Source: an uncultured Verrucomicrobiae bacterium (GTDB lineage Bacteria; Verrucomicrobiota; Verrucomicrobiia; Limisphaerales; JAFGQR01). From it: DNA of 64,000 nucleotides. The notes under the pieces are model-generated. The model was not told the DNA's origin, made no database searches, and worked only from the letters and a program-made list of their open reading frames with translations. Position 1 is the first letter of the stretch. Each line of letters starts with the position of its first letter. Position numbers and translations under genes: made by a program. Below are positions 19,461 to 30,760 of this stretch, one piece after another. The stretch spans positions 128,001 through 192,000 of the forward strand of contig CAWBHS010000057.1 of NCBI GenBank assembly GCA_963788655.1, read 5' to 3'.

Positions 19461-20798
19461 CTACTTGTGCGCGTCAAGCACTTTGGAGGACATCAGCGTA
19501 GCGTGCAGGATATGCCCGTGCAGCTTGCAGCGCCCAATCACCGTAACACTGTCGCCGCCTTTGGTGCCTGGAAACGAAATGTCGTAGCTGCTTTTGGTGG
19601 GATCGAAGTTGGCCCAGCTTTTGACCTTCAACAGCGCATTGGTTTTGTCGCTCGGACACACCAGGGCACTGGGCTCTTTAAGTTGCTCCTTTAAGCAGAA
19701 AATGTTCGTCGGCAAAGCGCCGCCGTGATCAAAGGCCCACAACTGCACCGCCAGGCCAAAGAACTCCAAACGGCTGCGACACGCGACTGATTCCGCCGCT
19801 CGCTGCTCCGGGCTTTCTGCCGGCGGCGATTGGGAGACTGGGCTGGGCTTGGTTGATCGGTGCCACAGACTCATGCCGATGAACAGCAACGCCAACAGTC
19901 CCGCGAACACGGGAAGACGCCAGAGTTTCCAAACGCGGGAACGCGACTTCATCCAGGCCACGCCCATCCGGGTGGGATGATACAGCACGGCAACCGTATC
20001 GCCAGCAGCCGCGTTGGGCGACAATTCATTGGGTGTCGGTTTCAATGTGCCCACGCTGCCGTCAGCCCGACGATAGGTCACCACCGGCTGGCTCTCGTCT
20101 CCTACGGCGGCTGGTTGATTTTCAATCACGCCTTCCGCCGTCCGGTACCGCAATAAAAAAGCCAGCCACACCACTACCAGCACCAAGGCAAAACCGCCGA
20201 AGCCAAACAGCAGCCAACGAATCCCGCGGTGCAATAGGGCCATGGCGAACTGCTGTCCCCGACTGGTTTGCAGCTTCGCTGCAACCTTGTGAAATTTGTC
20301 AGCCACCTTCTGAAAGAAACCTTGATCGCCGCCCGGAGCCGGTTTGGCAGTGGCTGGCCGAGCCGCTTTGTTCGGCTTATCCGGCTTCGAAGCTACGGCG
20401 CCTTTGGGGGCGTTTTGCACTGGCGCCGGAGACTTGGAAAACGCTGGACGTTGACCAGGGTTATCTGGTTTCTGTCGGCGCGGACGCGCCAGTTCTGCCA
20501 GACTCGGAATATGGTTGGTGATTTCGTTCGAGTAATCGGATTCCAATCCCGCCGCGTTCGTCGAGGTAATGGCGAAATACCATGTCACCCCTTCTTTTAA
20601 TCCGTACACCGTGGCGGTGGTGACGTTGCCCACGTTGGTGTGATACGGATAATCCCGGCTGGCGTTACCGTAATAAATGATGTAAGCGCGCACATCCGGC
20701 TCGGGATTGGGGTCCCACGCAATCGTCACGCTCTGGTCGGCCCGCACAATACCGGCCAGCGCCAGCAACATGGTTATCAGCACCCTCGGGCGGTTCAT
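19461..20798 (-). CDS. Chimeric protein: FN3 domain, TM-DUF3592-like-TM, pseudopilin-like C-terminal domain
   Basis: VTIAWDPNPEPDV...GLESDYSNEI (FN3); GDTVAVLYHP (DUF3592-like); CRSRLEFFGLAVQLWAFDH...LVCPSD...CKLHGH. Confidence 0.75.
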   Translation of the reverse strand: MNRPRVLITMLLALAGIVRADQSVTIAWDPNPEPDVRAYIIYYGNASRDYPYHTNVGNVTTATVYGLKEGVTWYFAITSTNAAGLESDYSNEITNHIPSLAELARPRRQKPDNPGQRPAFSKSPAPVQNAPKGAVASKPDKPNKAARPATAKPAPGGDQGFFQKVADKFHKVAAKLQTSRGQQFAMALLHRGIRWLLFGFGGFALVLVVVWLAFLLRYRTAEGVIENQPAAVGDESQPVVTYRRADGSVGTLKPTPNELSPNAAAGDTVAVLYHPTRMGVAWMKSRSRVWKLWRLPVFAGLLALLFIGMSLWHRSTKPSPVSQSPPAESPEQRAAESVACRSRLEFFGLAVQLWAFDHGGALPTNIFCLKEQLKEPSALVCPSDKTNALLKVKSWANFDPTKSSYDISFPGTKGGDSVTVIGRCKLHGHILHATLMSSKVLDAHK

Positions 20799-20982
20799 GC
20801 CGCCAAAGCTAATTCATCCGGCCCAATTGGCAATCCCAAACGCCCCACCCGGCGGCGCCGCAAGGCAGTTGCATTCGCCGGTAAAATTCCTGTAATTCCC
20901 GCCGCATTTTCCTTCTGTAACCAATAGATGCGAAAAGAATTGAAACGACGCGATGAAATGAAAACTGCGAACGGAGCAAGTT

Positions 20983-21192
20983 ATGAAAGCGATTATCGAC
21001 ACGCAGCACAATTATTCGGAGGGCCTGAACCTTGGCGCCAGTTCCGCGCGGGCCGTTACCATGGACCGGCTTATCGCCTCGCTGGCCAGTTCCAAGTCCG
21101 GCCGCGTCATCCTGCACGCGGTCTGTCTCTTTCGGCATCCCAGCCACGCGCAATGGCACTGGCGGGGTATGGTGCGGGAGCTTGCGGGTTAA
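20983..21192 (+). CDS. Small hypothetical protein (69 aa)
   Basis: GGAG RBS before the ATG; GC hairpin downstream (21221-21240). Confidence 0.5.
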   Translation: MKAIIDTQHNYSEGLNLGASSARAVTMDRLIASLASSKSGRVILHAVCLFRHPSHAQWHWRGMVRELAG

Positions 21193-21334
21193 CGGCCGCT
21201 TGGAAATGTTTTTAGAATTTGCCCGCTCGAGTGGGCGGGCTGGCGGGTTTTGGTGATGAACAAAAAATTTCTGTGTGTGCGCCAAAACCCGCTTTACCTT
21301 TTTGACGGGTTCTTGAATTGGATTAAATATCAGT

Positions 21335-24122
21335 ATGCGCAAATCCCCAGAGCGCTCCCGCGTATGGAAGCAAGCCCGCCGCACCCTTGGTCTGGGCTTC
21401 CTGCTGGCGCTAACGTTGTGGCTTGCCGAATCGAGGTCCGGTCCGCGTCCTTCCGCCGCCCCTGAAGCGCCGGTTCAAAACGGCATCCAAGCCACCGCTC
21501 ACAATGGTCCAGCGCCCGGACCATCCATGCGGGCCAATGCTTCCGCGCAAGCAATCCTCCACTCCGCCGCTGCTGCGCTGCCAGCCAAGGCGTCAGCTTC
21601 AGCTTCGTTCCCAGTCGCTGGCTCCGCCAACCAGGCATTTCCAACCAATGTCATTGTGCAATTCAACGGCCAGCGTTACGGCTTCACGGCGGACGCCGAT
21701 CATCAACTGGCGGCGTTTCAAACCGGCTTGGGCGCGGGAAACAGTTCCGTGGTCCTGCTGGGATTGCTGGCCGCGCCAGCACCAACGTTGAGGACGGCGT
21801 TCGCAGCACAAGGCGTGGACCTGCTGGCGTACGTTCCAGACAACGGTTGGATCGCCCGTATCCACGGCGCGGAGCAAGGGGGCAGGTTCGAACACGTGTC
21901 GTTCTTCCGGAAGCTGGATGCCGAGATGCGGATTCACACCAGCCTGCGCATCTTCCCACCACCGGGCGCCGAAGTGCCGGTGTATGTTCACCTGGTGCCA
22001 GACCGGCCGGGATTTGGTCTGATCTCCAGACTGGCGGCGGCCGGTTTTGACCAACTCACCGTCCAGTCCATCGGACCGAGTTCGTACCTGGCGGGCAAAG
22101 TCGGCGGCGCAAAACTCGCCGAGTTCCTGGCTCTGACCGCGGTGCAACCGGACGTGCAACTGATCGAACGCGGCAGCCAGGCGCGGCTATTGAACGACAA
22201 TGCCATGCGCACCACGCAGTCCGGATATTTCCTGGGCGGAACGCCCTATTTCGACCACGGCATTTACGGGTCCAACCAAGTCATTGCTATTTGCGATACC
22301 GGACTGGACGTGGATTCGTGCTTTTTCCGCGACGACACTGGAGTGCTCCCCCCCACCAACCGGATCGACGGCACCAACATCGACCTGGGTTTACGCAAAG
22401 TGATTGCGGCCGATTTCCTTTACGAAGGCGATGATCCTGCCAATCCGTTGGACTGGGACAACCATGGCCACGGAACGTCGGTGGCCGGTTGCGCTGCCGG
22501 CTCAGAGATCTATGCGCCCTTCGACACGTTTTCCAACAACGGCATGGCGCCCGGCGCAAAACTCATCATGCAGGACGCCGGATATGCGGGCACGGACGCG
22601 TGCGCGGACTTGGTCGAGCTGGGTTGCCCGGTGACCAATTTTTATCCGATCCTGCTCCAAGCCGTGGCCCAGGGCGCGGTCATTCACAATGACAGTTGGG
22701 GCGATCAGGAGGATGCCGTGCAGCAAAACATTTACACCGAGGCCTGCCGGGAACTGGACCTGGTGAGCTGGTCGAACAGACAATTCCTGGTAGTTTGCGC
22801 CGCGGGGAACAATGCACTGAGCAACACTGTCGGCAGCCCGTCGGTGGCCAAAAACAGTCTCAGCGTGGCAGCCACGATGTCGGGTTCGAGCCAGGAAAAG
22901 ATCGCCAGTTACTCGAGCCGGGGCTGGGCCAGCGACGGACGGTTTAAACCGGACCTCGCCGTTCCCGGTCACAATCTAAGTACGGCGGGCAGTGATGGCG
23001 ACATCACTACGGATAATTGCTACCTCACGGGCCGTTCCGGAACCAGTTTCGCTTCGCCGATTGTGGCCGGATTGGCAGCGCTCGTCCGCGACTACTTTGC
23101 GCAGGGCTTCTACCCAACCGGCACCGCGGAAGCGACGAACTGCCAACCGGACGTGAGCGCGGCCCTGGTCAAAGCCGTGCTCATTAATTCCGCCGTCGCC
23201 ATGTCCAACGCAATGGCCGCTCCGCCGGCGCGCGACCAGGGGTGGGGCCGGGTGGATCTTTCGCAGACTTTGCGCCTGGACAATGGTGCCCGTTCCCTGT
23301 TCGCCGTGGATCACCCGGTTGTGTTCGAGGAAACTCCGGCGTTTCCATACCTGACTTATTTGAAACTGAACTCGACGAATGAACCAGTCAAAGTCACGCT
23401 GGTATGGACCGATTACCCGGCCACTCCCGGCGCCGAACAGCATTTGGTGAATGACCTCGATTTGCGGGTGCGCACGCACGATTTCTCCCTCAAAGGCAAT
23501 GTCTTCACCAATGGACAATCCCTCGCCGGTGGTGACTATGATCGGCTCAACAACGTGGAACAGGTGCTCTGGGTGCCGGCCACGAACGGGATCGTGGAGA
23601 TTTCGGTGTGGGCGCATTTGATTGCGACCGGATCGCAGGATTTCGCGCTGGTGGCGACCGGCGATTTTGAGGTAATCCCGCCGACGCAGGACGAAGACAG
23701 CGACGGCCTGTCGGACGGTTGGGAACTGTGGCATTTCGGCAACCTCGAGCAAACGGCTAACGGCGATCCTGACCTCGACCACGTTCCCAACGCGGCCGAA
23801 GAAGCGGCCAACACCCAGCCGGACGACTTCAACTCGAAAGCCAGCCCTAACTTGGGTGTCCGTGACCAACGCTGTGGTGACGTTGCAAATGAACGTCAGC
23901 GAAGGCCGGCGTTATACATTGGAATACTTGGACGGTGCTGAGCCGGGTGCGTCGGGCTCCGAATTGGCGGGTGCGTTTCCCATTGGAGCATGGTCGGTAG
24001 CGGCGGACAGATTCCTCGTCGGCGAACCGCTTGGAGAAACAACCCATTTCTTCACCAACGTCCTGCCCACGGACGCCACCGCTCCCAAGTCGCGCTTTTA
24101 CCGCGTGCGCATCGACCGTTAA
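21335..24122 (+). CDS. S8 subtilase with C-terminal Ca-binding-type repeats and ...FYRV domain; frameshift near 23850
   Basis: Catalytic triad ICDTG, HGHGTSVAG, SGTSFASP; AAGN; VTLVWTD/VNDLDL domain; DEDSDGLSDGWE; ORF 23856..24122 supplies the end SRFYRVRIDR. Confidence 0.92.
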
Positions 24123-24251
24123 ACCGGAGCGACAACATTCCTTTCGGCTCGAATCGCAGCCCGGCAGGATAGCCTTCCCGGCTGTCTCAAATACCGGAAA
24201 CCATCCAAAGACGATGGAACGGTTCGAACGCTTTTCGTCACCCCCGCGCTA

Positions 24252-24322
24252 GCAGGAGAGAACGTGAGGAGGCGCACTGTTCTGCCAACCAGCAAACCAA
24301 TGTCTCCTCACGAGTCTCCTGC
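24252..24322. repeat. REP pair (GCAGGAGA...TCTCCTGC)
   Basis: GCAGGAGAGAACGTGAGGAGGC ... GTCTCCTCACGAGTCTCCTGC inverted. Confidence 0.6.
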
Positions 24323-24410
24323 ATTTTAGGGGGCGATGCAAAACGTATTGAACCGCTTGACGCTTCCCAACGGTCGCGGCTCGGTTCCAAGCTCATTTCC
24401 CGCCAGGCGG

Positions 24411-27400
24411 CTATGAACACCCCAAGCTTTCGCCGCAGTTCAGGCATTTGTAACAGGCGCCGTTGCGGACCGCCACGTGGCCACAGGTCGGACAACTGGG
24501 GGCGTCTTGTTGGTAGTGGGCAATGGCGTCGTTGAGGGTCTTGATCGCCCGTCCATGGGTGGTCCCATCTTTACGGGCGCCATTGCCCGAAGCTTCGATC
24601 TCCTTCAAGGTGATCACGTCGGTATCATCCGAGATCGGCAATTCCGGCACCGGCCGGTTCACCTTTTTCTTCAGTTCTTCCTGCAGGCCGGGCATCGGCA
24701 GCTCCGGCTGCTTGCGGTTGCGTGCGTGCGCCTCCCGGTAGCCGGGCACGAATTGGATCGCCATCCAGCGGAACACGTAGTCGGTGATCGAGGACGCGTT
24801 GCGGAATGTCACGGTTCTTCGTGAAGCCGCTGGGCTCGAAACGTTGGTGGGCGAACTTCTTGACCAGCGCTTCCAGCGGCACGCCGTATTGCAGGGCCAG
24901 GCTCGTCAGGGTGCCGACGCTGTCCATCAATCCGCCAATGGTGGAACCTTCCTTGGCCATGGTGATGAACAGTTCGCCCGGCTGGCCGTCCTCGAACAGG
25001 CCGACCGTGAGGTAGCCTTCGTGACCGGCGATGTCGAATTTGTGCGTGACCGCCGTGCGCGTTTCCGGCAACCGCCGGCGCAGCGGCTTGCCAGGCTTGC
25101 TCGCGCAGTTGCGCCATCTCCTGCCTCGAGTTCCTTGATGCGTTTCGAGCAAGCGGTTGACATCGTTGGCCGGAATTCGCTCGCCGCCTTCGCTGGTTCT
25201 TTTGGTGTTGAGCGGCTGGCGAGCGTTTCGAGCCGTCGCGGTAAATGGCCACGCATTTGAGGCCCATCTTCCAGGCCTGAACGATAGGCATCGCGAATGT
25301 CCGCGACGGTGCATTCGTTGGGCATGTTGACGGTCTTGGAAATCGCGCCGCTGATGAACGGCTGCGCCGCGCCCATCATTTTGAGATGCGCCAGGTAATG
25401 AATGCTGCGCTGGCCGCGATACGGCTTGAAGGCGCAATCGAACACCGCCAAGTGTTCCGGCTTGAGGCCGCTGCGCACCGTCGGTGCCGTCTTCCTGCGT
25501 CACGTCTTCAATCGTGTCGTATTTCTCGATGTGCGCGATGATGCCTTTGATGATGTCGTCGCTCGTAGCCCAGCCGGTGCAAGGCATCCGGAACGGTCGC
25601 GGTTGACGATCTTCAACATGCCGCCGCCGGCCAGCAGTTTGTATTTCACCAGCGCGATGTCCGGTTCCACGCCGGTGGTGTCGCAATCCATCAGGAAGGC
25701 GATGGTGCCGGTCGGGGCGAGCACGGTGACCTGCGCGTTGCGGTAGCCATGCTTGCGGCCTTGCGTCCAGTGCGCGGTCCCAGCAGTGGCGGGCTTCTTC
25801 TTTCAGGTAATCGAATTCCTCGCTGGGCTGAATTGCTTCGACGGCGTCGCGGTGCTGTTGGATGACGCCGAGCATGGACTCGACGTTGTTCTTCTTGAGC
25901 GGCTTGCGACACGTGCGCGCAACGGGCGTCGCTGGTAGCCGGGGAACGCGCCCGATCGTGCGCGGCGATCTCCGCGGATTGCTCGTAGGCGTGACCGGTC
26001 ATGATCGCGGTGATGGCGCCGGCCAAGCGCGCGGCCTTCGTCCGAATCGTAGGCCAAACCGTAGCTCATGATGAGCGAGCCGAGGTTGGCGTAACCGAGA
26101 CCCAGCGTGCGGAAAATGTGCGAGTTCTCGGCGATTTGCTTGCGTCGGATAGCTGGCGTTGTCCACAAGGATTTCCTGCGCCGTGATGAAGATGCGCACG
26201 GCGGCCTTGAAGCGTTCGACGTCGAACACGCCGTCCGGCCGCTTGAACTTCATCAGGTTCAGCGAGGCCAGGTTGCACGCGGTGTTGTTGAGGAAGACGT
26301 ATTCGGAGCAGGGATTGGTGGAATGGATCGGCTCGGTGCCTTTGCAGGTGTGCCACTTCTGGATGGCGCCGTCGTATTGCAGTCCCGGGATCGCCGCAAA
26401 CCCAGGTGCCCTCGGCGATCTTGTCCAGCAGCTTGCTGGCGTCCTTCTTCTCCAGCGGCTTGCCGGTGGTGATGGAGCGGGTCCACCATTCCTTGCCGAT
26501 CCACGCCGCCTGCATGAACTCGTCGCTGACGCGGACGGAAAGATTTTCGTTCTGATACATGACGCTGCCGTAGGCGTCGCCGTTGTAAGGAGCCGTCGTA
26601 ACCCTGCTCGATCAAGCGCCCAGGCTTTCTTTTCTTCCTTTTGTTTCGCGTCAATGAATTCCTCGATGTCGCCGTGCCAGTCGCGCAGGGTGTTCATCTT
26701 CGCCGCGCGCCGGGTTTTGCCGCCGGACTTTTCACGACGTTGGCCACCTGGTCATAAACCTTGAGGAAGGACAGTCGGTCCGCTCGGCCGGCCGCCGCCG
26801 CTGAGCTTCTCTTTGCTGGACCGGATCGGGGAGAGGTCCGTGCCGGTGCCGGAGCCGATACTTGAAGAGCATCGCCTCGCTGTAGGCCAGGTGCATGATG
26901 CTTTCCATGTTGTCGTCCACGGACTGGATGAAGCACGCGCTGCCCTGCGGATACTTCGTATTGGGTGGCGGCGCGCTCGGCCTGTCCGGTCTTGCGGGTT
27001 GTAATGCCAGTTGCCGCGTGCCGGAGTTCTTGCCGACGCCGTACTGGTGATAGAGGCCGACATTGAACCAGACCGGCGAATTGAACGCGCCGTATTGGTT
27101 GACGCACAGCCAGGTCAGTTCCTCGTAGAACACTTCGCCGTCTGCCTTGCTGAAGTAGCCGTCCTTGCACGCCCCAATCGGCAATGGTCCGCGTAACCCG
27201 ATGGATGAGCTGCCGCACCGAGGTTTCGCGCTCGGGGGTGTTCTGTTCGCCGTAGAAATATTTGGACACCACCACCTTGGTCGCCAGCTGGGACCAGGAC
27301 TTGGGCACCTCGACGTTGTCCTGCTTGAAAATGACCTTGCCGCCGTCATCGGTGATTTCGGCCGTGCGCTTTTCCCATTGAATCTGGTCAAAGGGGTGAG

Positions 27401-27548
27401 TTTTTGGGTTGCTAAAGACCCGTGCAAACCGCAGCGCCTTCCGGGATCGCCCTTTGCGGGGCGAATTCAGGGAAGTCGCTCGTGCCGCCGATCGCATTTG
27501 GGATTTCGATCGTGTCATCATCAATGATCCATCGCGTACGTCAATCAT
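24411..27548 (-). CDS. nrdJ: Class II (B12-dependent) ribonucleotide reductase, broken by many single-base insertions (probably artefactual)
   Basis: [57 protein letters not shown] region [18 protein letters not shown]-terminal [17 protein letters not shown], spread over more than 10 ORF fragments. Confidence 0.95.
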
Positions 27549-27689
27549 GGCTTCAAATCCTAATTATAAGTTCCAACTATCCAATTTCAGTCCTGAAGAC
27601 AAAAAGACCCGCCCATCGTTGTTGCTGCTTTTATCGGTCTATTGCCTACGCCCCCCGGCAGTACCCAACCGACGCCTTTTTGCCATCTA

Positions 27690-27737
27690 CCCCATCATTT
27701 TGGGGGCAAGGGCGACACTATCCACAACATATAGCGT
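27690..27737. promoter_or_regulatory. Tandem NrdR boxes upstream of nrdJ
   Basis: CCCCATCATTTTGGGG (27690) and CCACAACATATAGCGT (27722) versus consensus acaCwAtATaTwGtgt; 32-bp spacing. Confidence 0.75.
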
Positions 27738-28101
27738 CATCAAGGGAAAAATCGAGAAAAGTTGCTCAATAGTTGTACCCCGTTGATTTCGCGATTGTTC
27801 CGGTGGAAAAAGAGGTTTTCCTGCCAGTTATTCGCACGTGTGAATAACCGCCAATGGGCATAACCTTCAAGATCGCAGTTGGCCGTTGCCCGCTCTGGCA
27901 GAGGCAGGGTGGGCACTGCTGCGCCGCGCCAACCATGCACTTCGGAAAGGAGGACTGTCTTCGCGGAGCGCGCGGCTTGGAGGCCTTCATTATTCACAAT
28001 CAAGCTGCACAATGAGACCAGCCAACAGCTCAACCGGATCAGAGATCGGTTCATTTTCGGCTCGCAGCGTGGCGGACGATATTGTATGCCCTCGCTCCAA
28101 C

Positions 28102-29631
28102 ATGGTTGCTTTGGGCGGGACATTGTCGGAACGGGAGCAACGCTTCGACCGTTGGCGGCGGCGACTGGGCCGGCTGCTGGGGCCCATGGTGTTCTTATTG
28201 GTGTGGTTTCTACCGCTCAGCAGCTTGGACGTACCGGCGCACCGGTTGTTGGCGGTCTTCGGCCTGGTCGTCACCTTTTGGGTTACTGAGGCCATTCCCT
28301 TGCCAGTCACCGCGCTGCTCGGACCGGCTTTGTGCGTGGTGTGCGGCGTGGCCACCGGCAAGGAGGTGTTCAAGAACTTCGGGCATCCGATCATCTTTTT
28401 GTTTCTCGGCAGCTTTCTGTTGGCGCAAGGCATGTTTCGTCACGGTCTCAACCGGCGGATTGCCTTTGGCATTATCGGCCTGAAAGGTGTGGGCCAGAAT
28501 CCTGCGCTGCTGCTGGGGGCCTTTGGTGGCATTACGGCTTTCCTGTCGATGTGGATTTCGAATACCACGTCCGCGGCCATGATGTTTCCCATCGGCACCG
28601 CGATTCTCAGCGAAATGGCTCGCCAGCAAGCCCAGCAAACCGGGCGGGAAATCCATTTCACCCAGTTGAAATACGGCACGGGCCTGATGCTCACCACGGC
28701 GTTCGCAGCGTCCATTGGCGGACTGGCTACACCCGTGGGCACACCGCCCAATTTGATCGGCATCAGTCAGCTCGAAAAAGCCGGGATCATCAACATTACC
28801 TTCTTCCAATGGATGGCGCTTGGACTTCCGTTGGCCGTGGCGCTGACCATCTTTCTTGTGCTTTACCTTGGCCGCGCCTGTCCCGCCGAAGCCAGTTTTT
28901 CGGGCGCAAATCCAGCTTGGATTCAACAGGAAAAAGCCAAGCTTGGCTCGATGTCCCGCGGTGAACTCAATGTTTGCATTGCCTTCGGAATTACCGTTGC
29001 GCTGTGGTTGCTGCCGGGAATCGCCAGCCTGGTGCTGGGCAGTGAATCACCGGCGTATCAGTGGTTGCGCGGCCACGTGCCCGAAAGTGTCGCTGCGCTC
29101 ATCGGAGCGACGCTCCTGTTTCTGTTGCCCGTCAAGGCAAGCGACGGAGAATTCACCCTCCGCTGGGCCGATGCCGGACAAATCGATTGGGGAACCATCC
29201 TGCTCTTCGGTGGCGGCTTGGCGTTGGGCGAAGTCATGTTTTCGACCGGGCTGGCCAAATGGGCCGGCGAAGGTCTGGTGGATGTTTTTCAAGTTCATTC
29301 CTCGCTCGGTCTGACGGTGTTGTTCGCGGTCGTCGGCGTTTTGTTGACCGAAACAACCTCGAACACTGCGTCCGCCACGATGATCGTTCCGGTGGCCATT
29401 GCGGTCGCGCAAGCCGCAAAGATCAATCCGGTGCCGCCGGCGCTGGCTGCGTGTCTGGGCGCTTCGCTGGCGTTCATGCTGCCGGTATCCACCCCACCCA
29501 ACGCCATCGTATTCGGGTCTGGCTGCGTGCCGCTGACGAAGATGGTGCGCCACGGCGTGGTGGTGGACATTGTCGGCGTCGTCCTGATCGTGGCCATCGT
29601 TCAGTGGTGGGTGCCGGTGGTTTTCATGTAG
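28102..29631 (+). CDS. DASS/SLC13 sodium:anion symporter
   Basis: WVTEAIPLPVT, SMWISNT, TPVGTPPN, TSNTA, FMLPVSTPPNAIV. Confidence 0.95.
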   Translation: MVALGGTLSEREQRFDRWRRRLGRLLGPMVFLLVWFLPLSSLDVPAHRLLAVFGLVVTFWVTEAIPLPVTALLGPALCVVCGVATGKEVFKNFGHPIIFLFLGSFLLAQGMFRHGLNRRIAFGIIGLKGVGQNPALLLGAFGGITAFLSMWISNTTSAAMMFPIGTAILSEMARQQAQQTGREIHFTQLKYGTGLMLTTAFAASIGGLATPVGTPPNLIGISQLEKAGIINITFFQWMALGLPLAVALTIFLVLYLGRACPAEASFSGANPAWIQQEKAKLGSMSRGELNVCIAFGITVALWLLPGIASLVLGSESPAYQWLRGHVPESVAALIGATLLFLLPVKASDGEFTLRWADAGQIDWGTILLFGGGLALGEVMFSTGLAKWAGEGLVDVFQVHSSLGLTVLFAVVGVLLTETTSNTASATMIVPVAIAVAQAAKINPVPPALAACLGASLAFMLPVSTPPNAIVFGSGCVPLTKMVRHGVVVDIVGVVLIVAIVQWWVPVVFM

Positions 29632-29703
29632 TTGGGCGCCGGTTGATTTCGGCCTTCGGATTTCGGGTTAGCTTGGTTCCGCCACGTTAGTTCCTGGGCT
29701 ATA

Positions 29704-30080
29704 ATGGAGTATTTGCTGGCAAAAGAGGATCCCACGGCGGATGAAGTACCATGCTGAGTACAGTAAAGAAAGTCTAAACAATTCGAAAAGGTTTTGGGCA
29801 ATAAGGGTGAGAAGGCTTTGCGTGCGCTCTTGACGGAATCCGCCATAAAGCTAAAAAGGTTATTGGCACAAACGGCATGAGCATCGCGACAGGGAACGTC
29901 TCCAGATTGCGTTCGCGATCGGCTTGGAGAACGAAGGAACTGCACCCGCAGAATATGTAGGCATTCATTTGCATTTTCCTGACGGCTTTCAGCTTTTTGA
30001 GGGAGACGATTACGTTTCGGAAGCTCCCGATCCAAACCCGGCTAACCGACCTGGCAGTAAGCTGTTTGGTATGCAGGGTG
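29704..30080 (+). pseudogene. AT-rich decayed gene fragment (possibly the C-terminal part of a PIN-like protein)
   Basis: Stop-broken + frames; one reads LQIAFAIGLENEGTAPAEYVGIHLHFPDGFQLF. Confidence 0.35.
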
Positions 30081-30081
30081 A

Positions 30082-30580
30082 TCATCGGGGACTCAAAACG
30101 TGATTCCAGTCAGACCGCAGGTAGTCTCCCAATTGGTAACTACTCGTGAACAACACTTGCCCATCGTAAAGCAGGATGTTGCCGCGGCGCTCATGAATCC
30201 CCGGCTGCCAGCGTGAAGGTATCCCGGAACGTTGTCCGCTCGGGTCCAGAAGCCCGGCCGCCGTGACCCCACTGGAACAATTCCGATTAGACCCACCCAC
30301 GTCAATGTTCCGATCCGCCGCGACCAACAACCGCAGCCGGCTCGGCCTCACCTCCAGGCCCACCAAATAGCTCAGCGCATGATTGCGGAAGGTCGGATTC
30401 ATGAAGCCTCCCTCCGCCGTCGTCGAGAAGTCGCGGGCCACGCGCGCGGTGTCGTCGTCCGGGCAGGCCAGGATGCGCGGCGTGCCCAGCTCATTGGAAA
30501 TCCAGGCGTAGTGGAACCAAGCATTGTTGATGAAGCCACGCCAGTCGGGCAAGGGCGTCTCGCCGCACGTCGTCACATTG
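30082..30580 (-). pseudogene. 5'-truncated H-X9-DG pseudopilin-like gene
   Basis: ISNELGTPRILACPDD, LSYLVG, AADRN, HERRGNILLYDGQV; no N-terminal prepilin segment; a REPIN lies directly upstream. Confidence 0.75.
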
Positions 30581-30612
30581 ATTTGCAATCCGCCCGCGCA
30601 ATAGGGCGTGCG

Positions 30613-30760
30613 GATGGGACAGCATCCTCATCTGTCTCGAATCGCCAAGAACATCCTCCCCTGTTGGTGATCTGGAAAGACTTCCTACGCCGCGGTGCAA
30701 ATCGATGGTTGGCAGTCGTTCGAGACCGGCGGGACGCCCGTCCTACTGAATTGTCACGGC
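30613..30760. repeat. ~148-bp REPIN/MITE, copy 1
   Basis: Colinear with 45106..45253, including the spacer CTTCCTACGCCGCGG-GCAAATCGATGGTTGGCAGTCGTT. Confidence 0.85.

Noticed and set aside
24411..27548. Programmed frameshifting, intron/intein or true pseudogenisation of nrdJ
   Set aside because: No slippery sites or inserted domain seen; insertions fall at wobble positions and motifs are intact, which fits a consensus artefact.
27740..28100. Cobalamin riboswitch upstream of nrdJ
   Set aside because: No recognisable B12-box or GCCACTG/GGGAAG core on the - strand.
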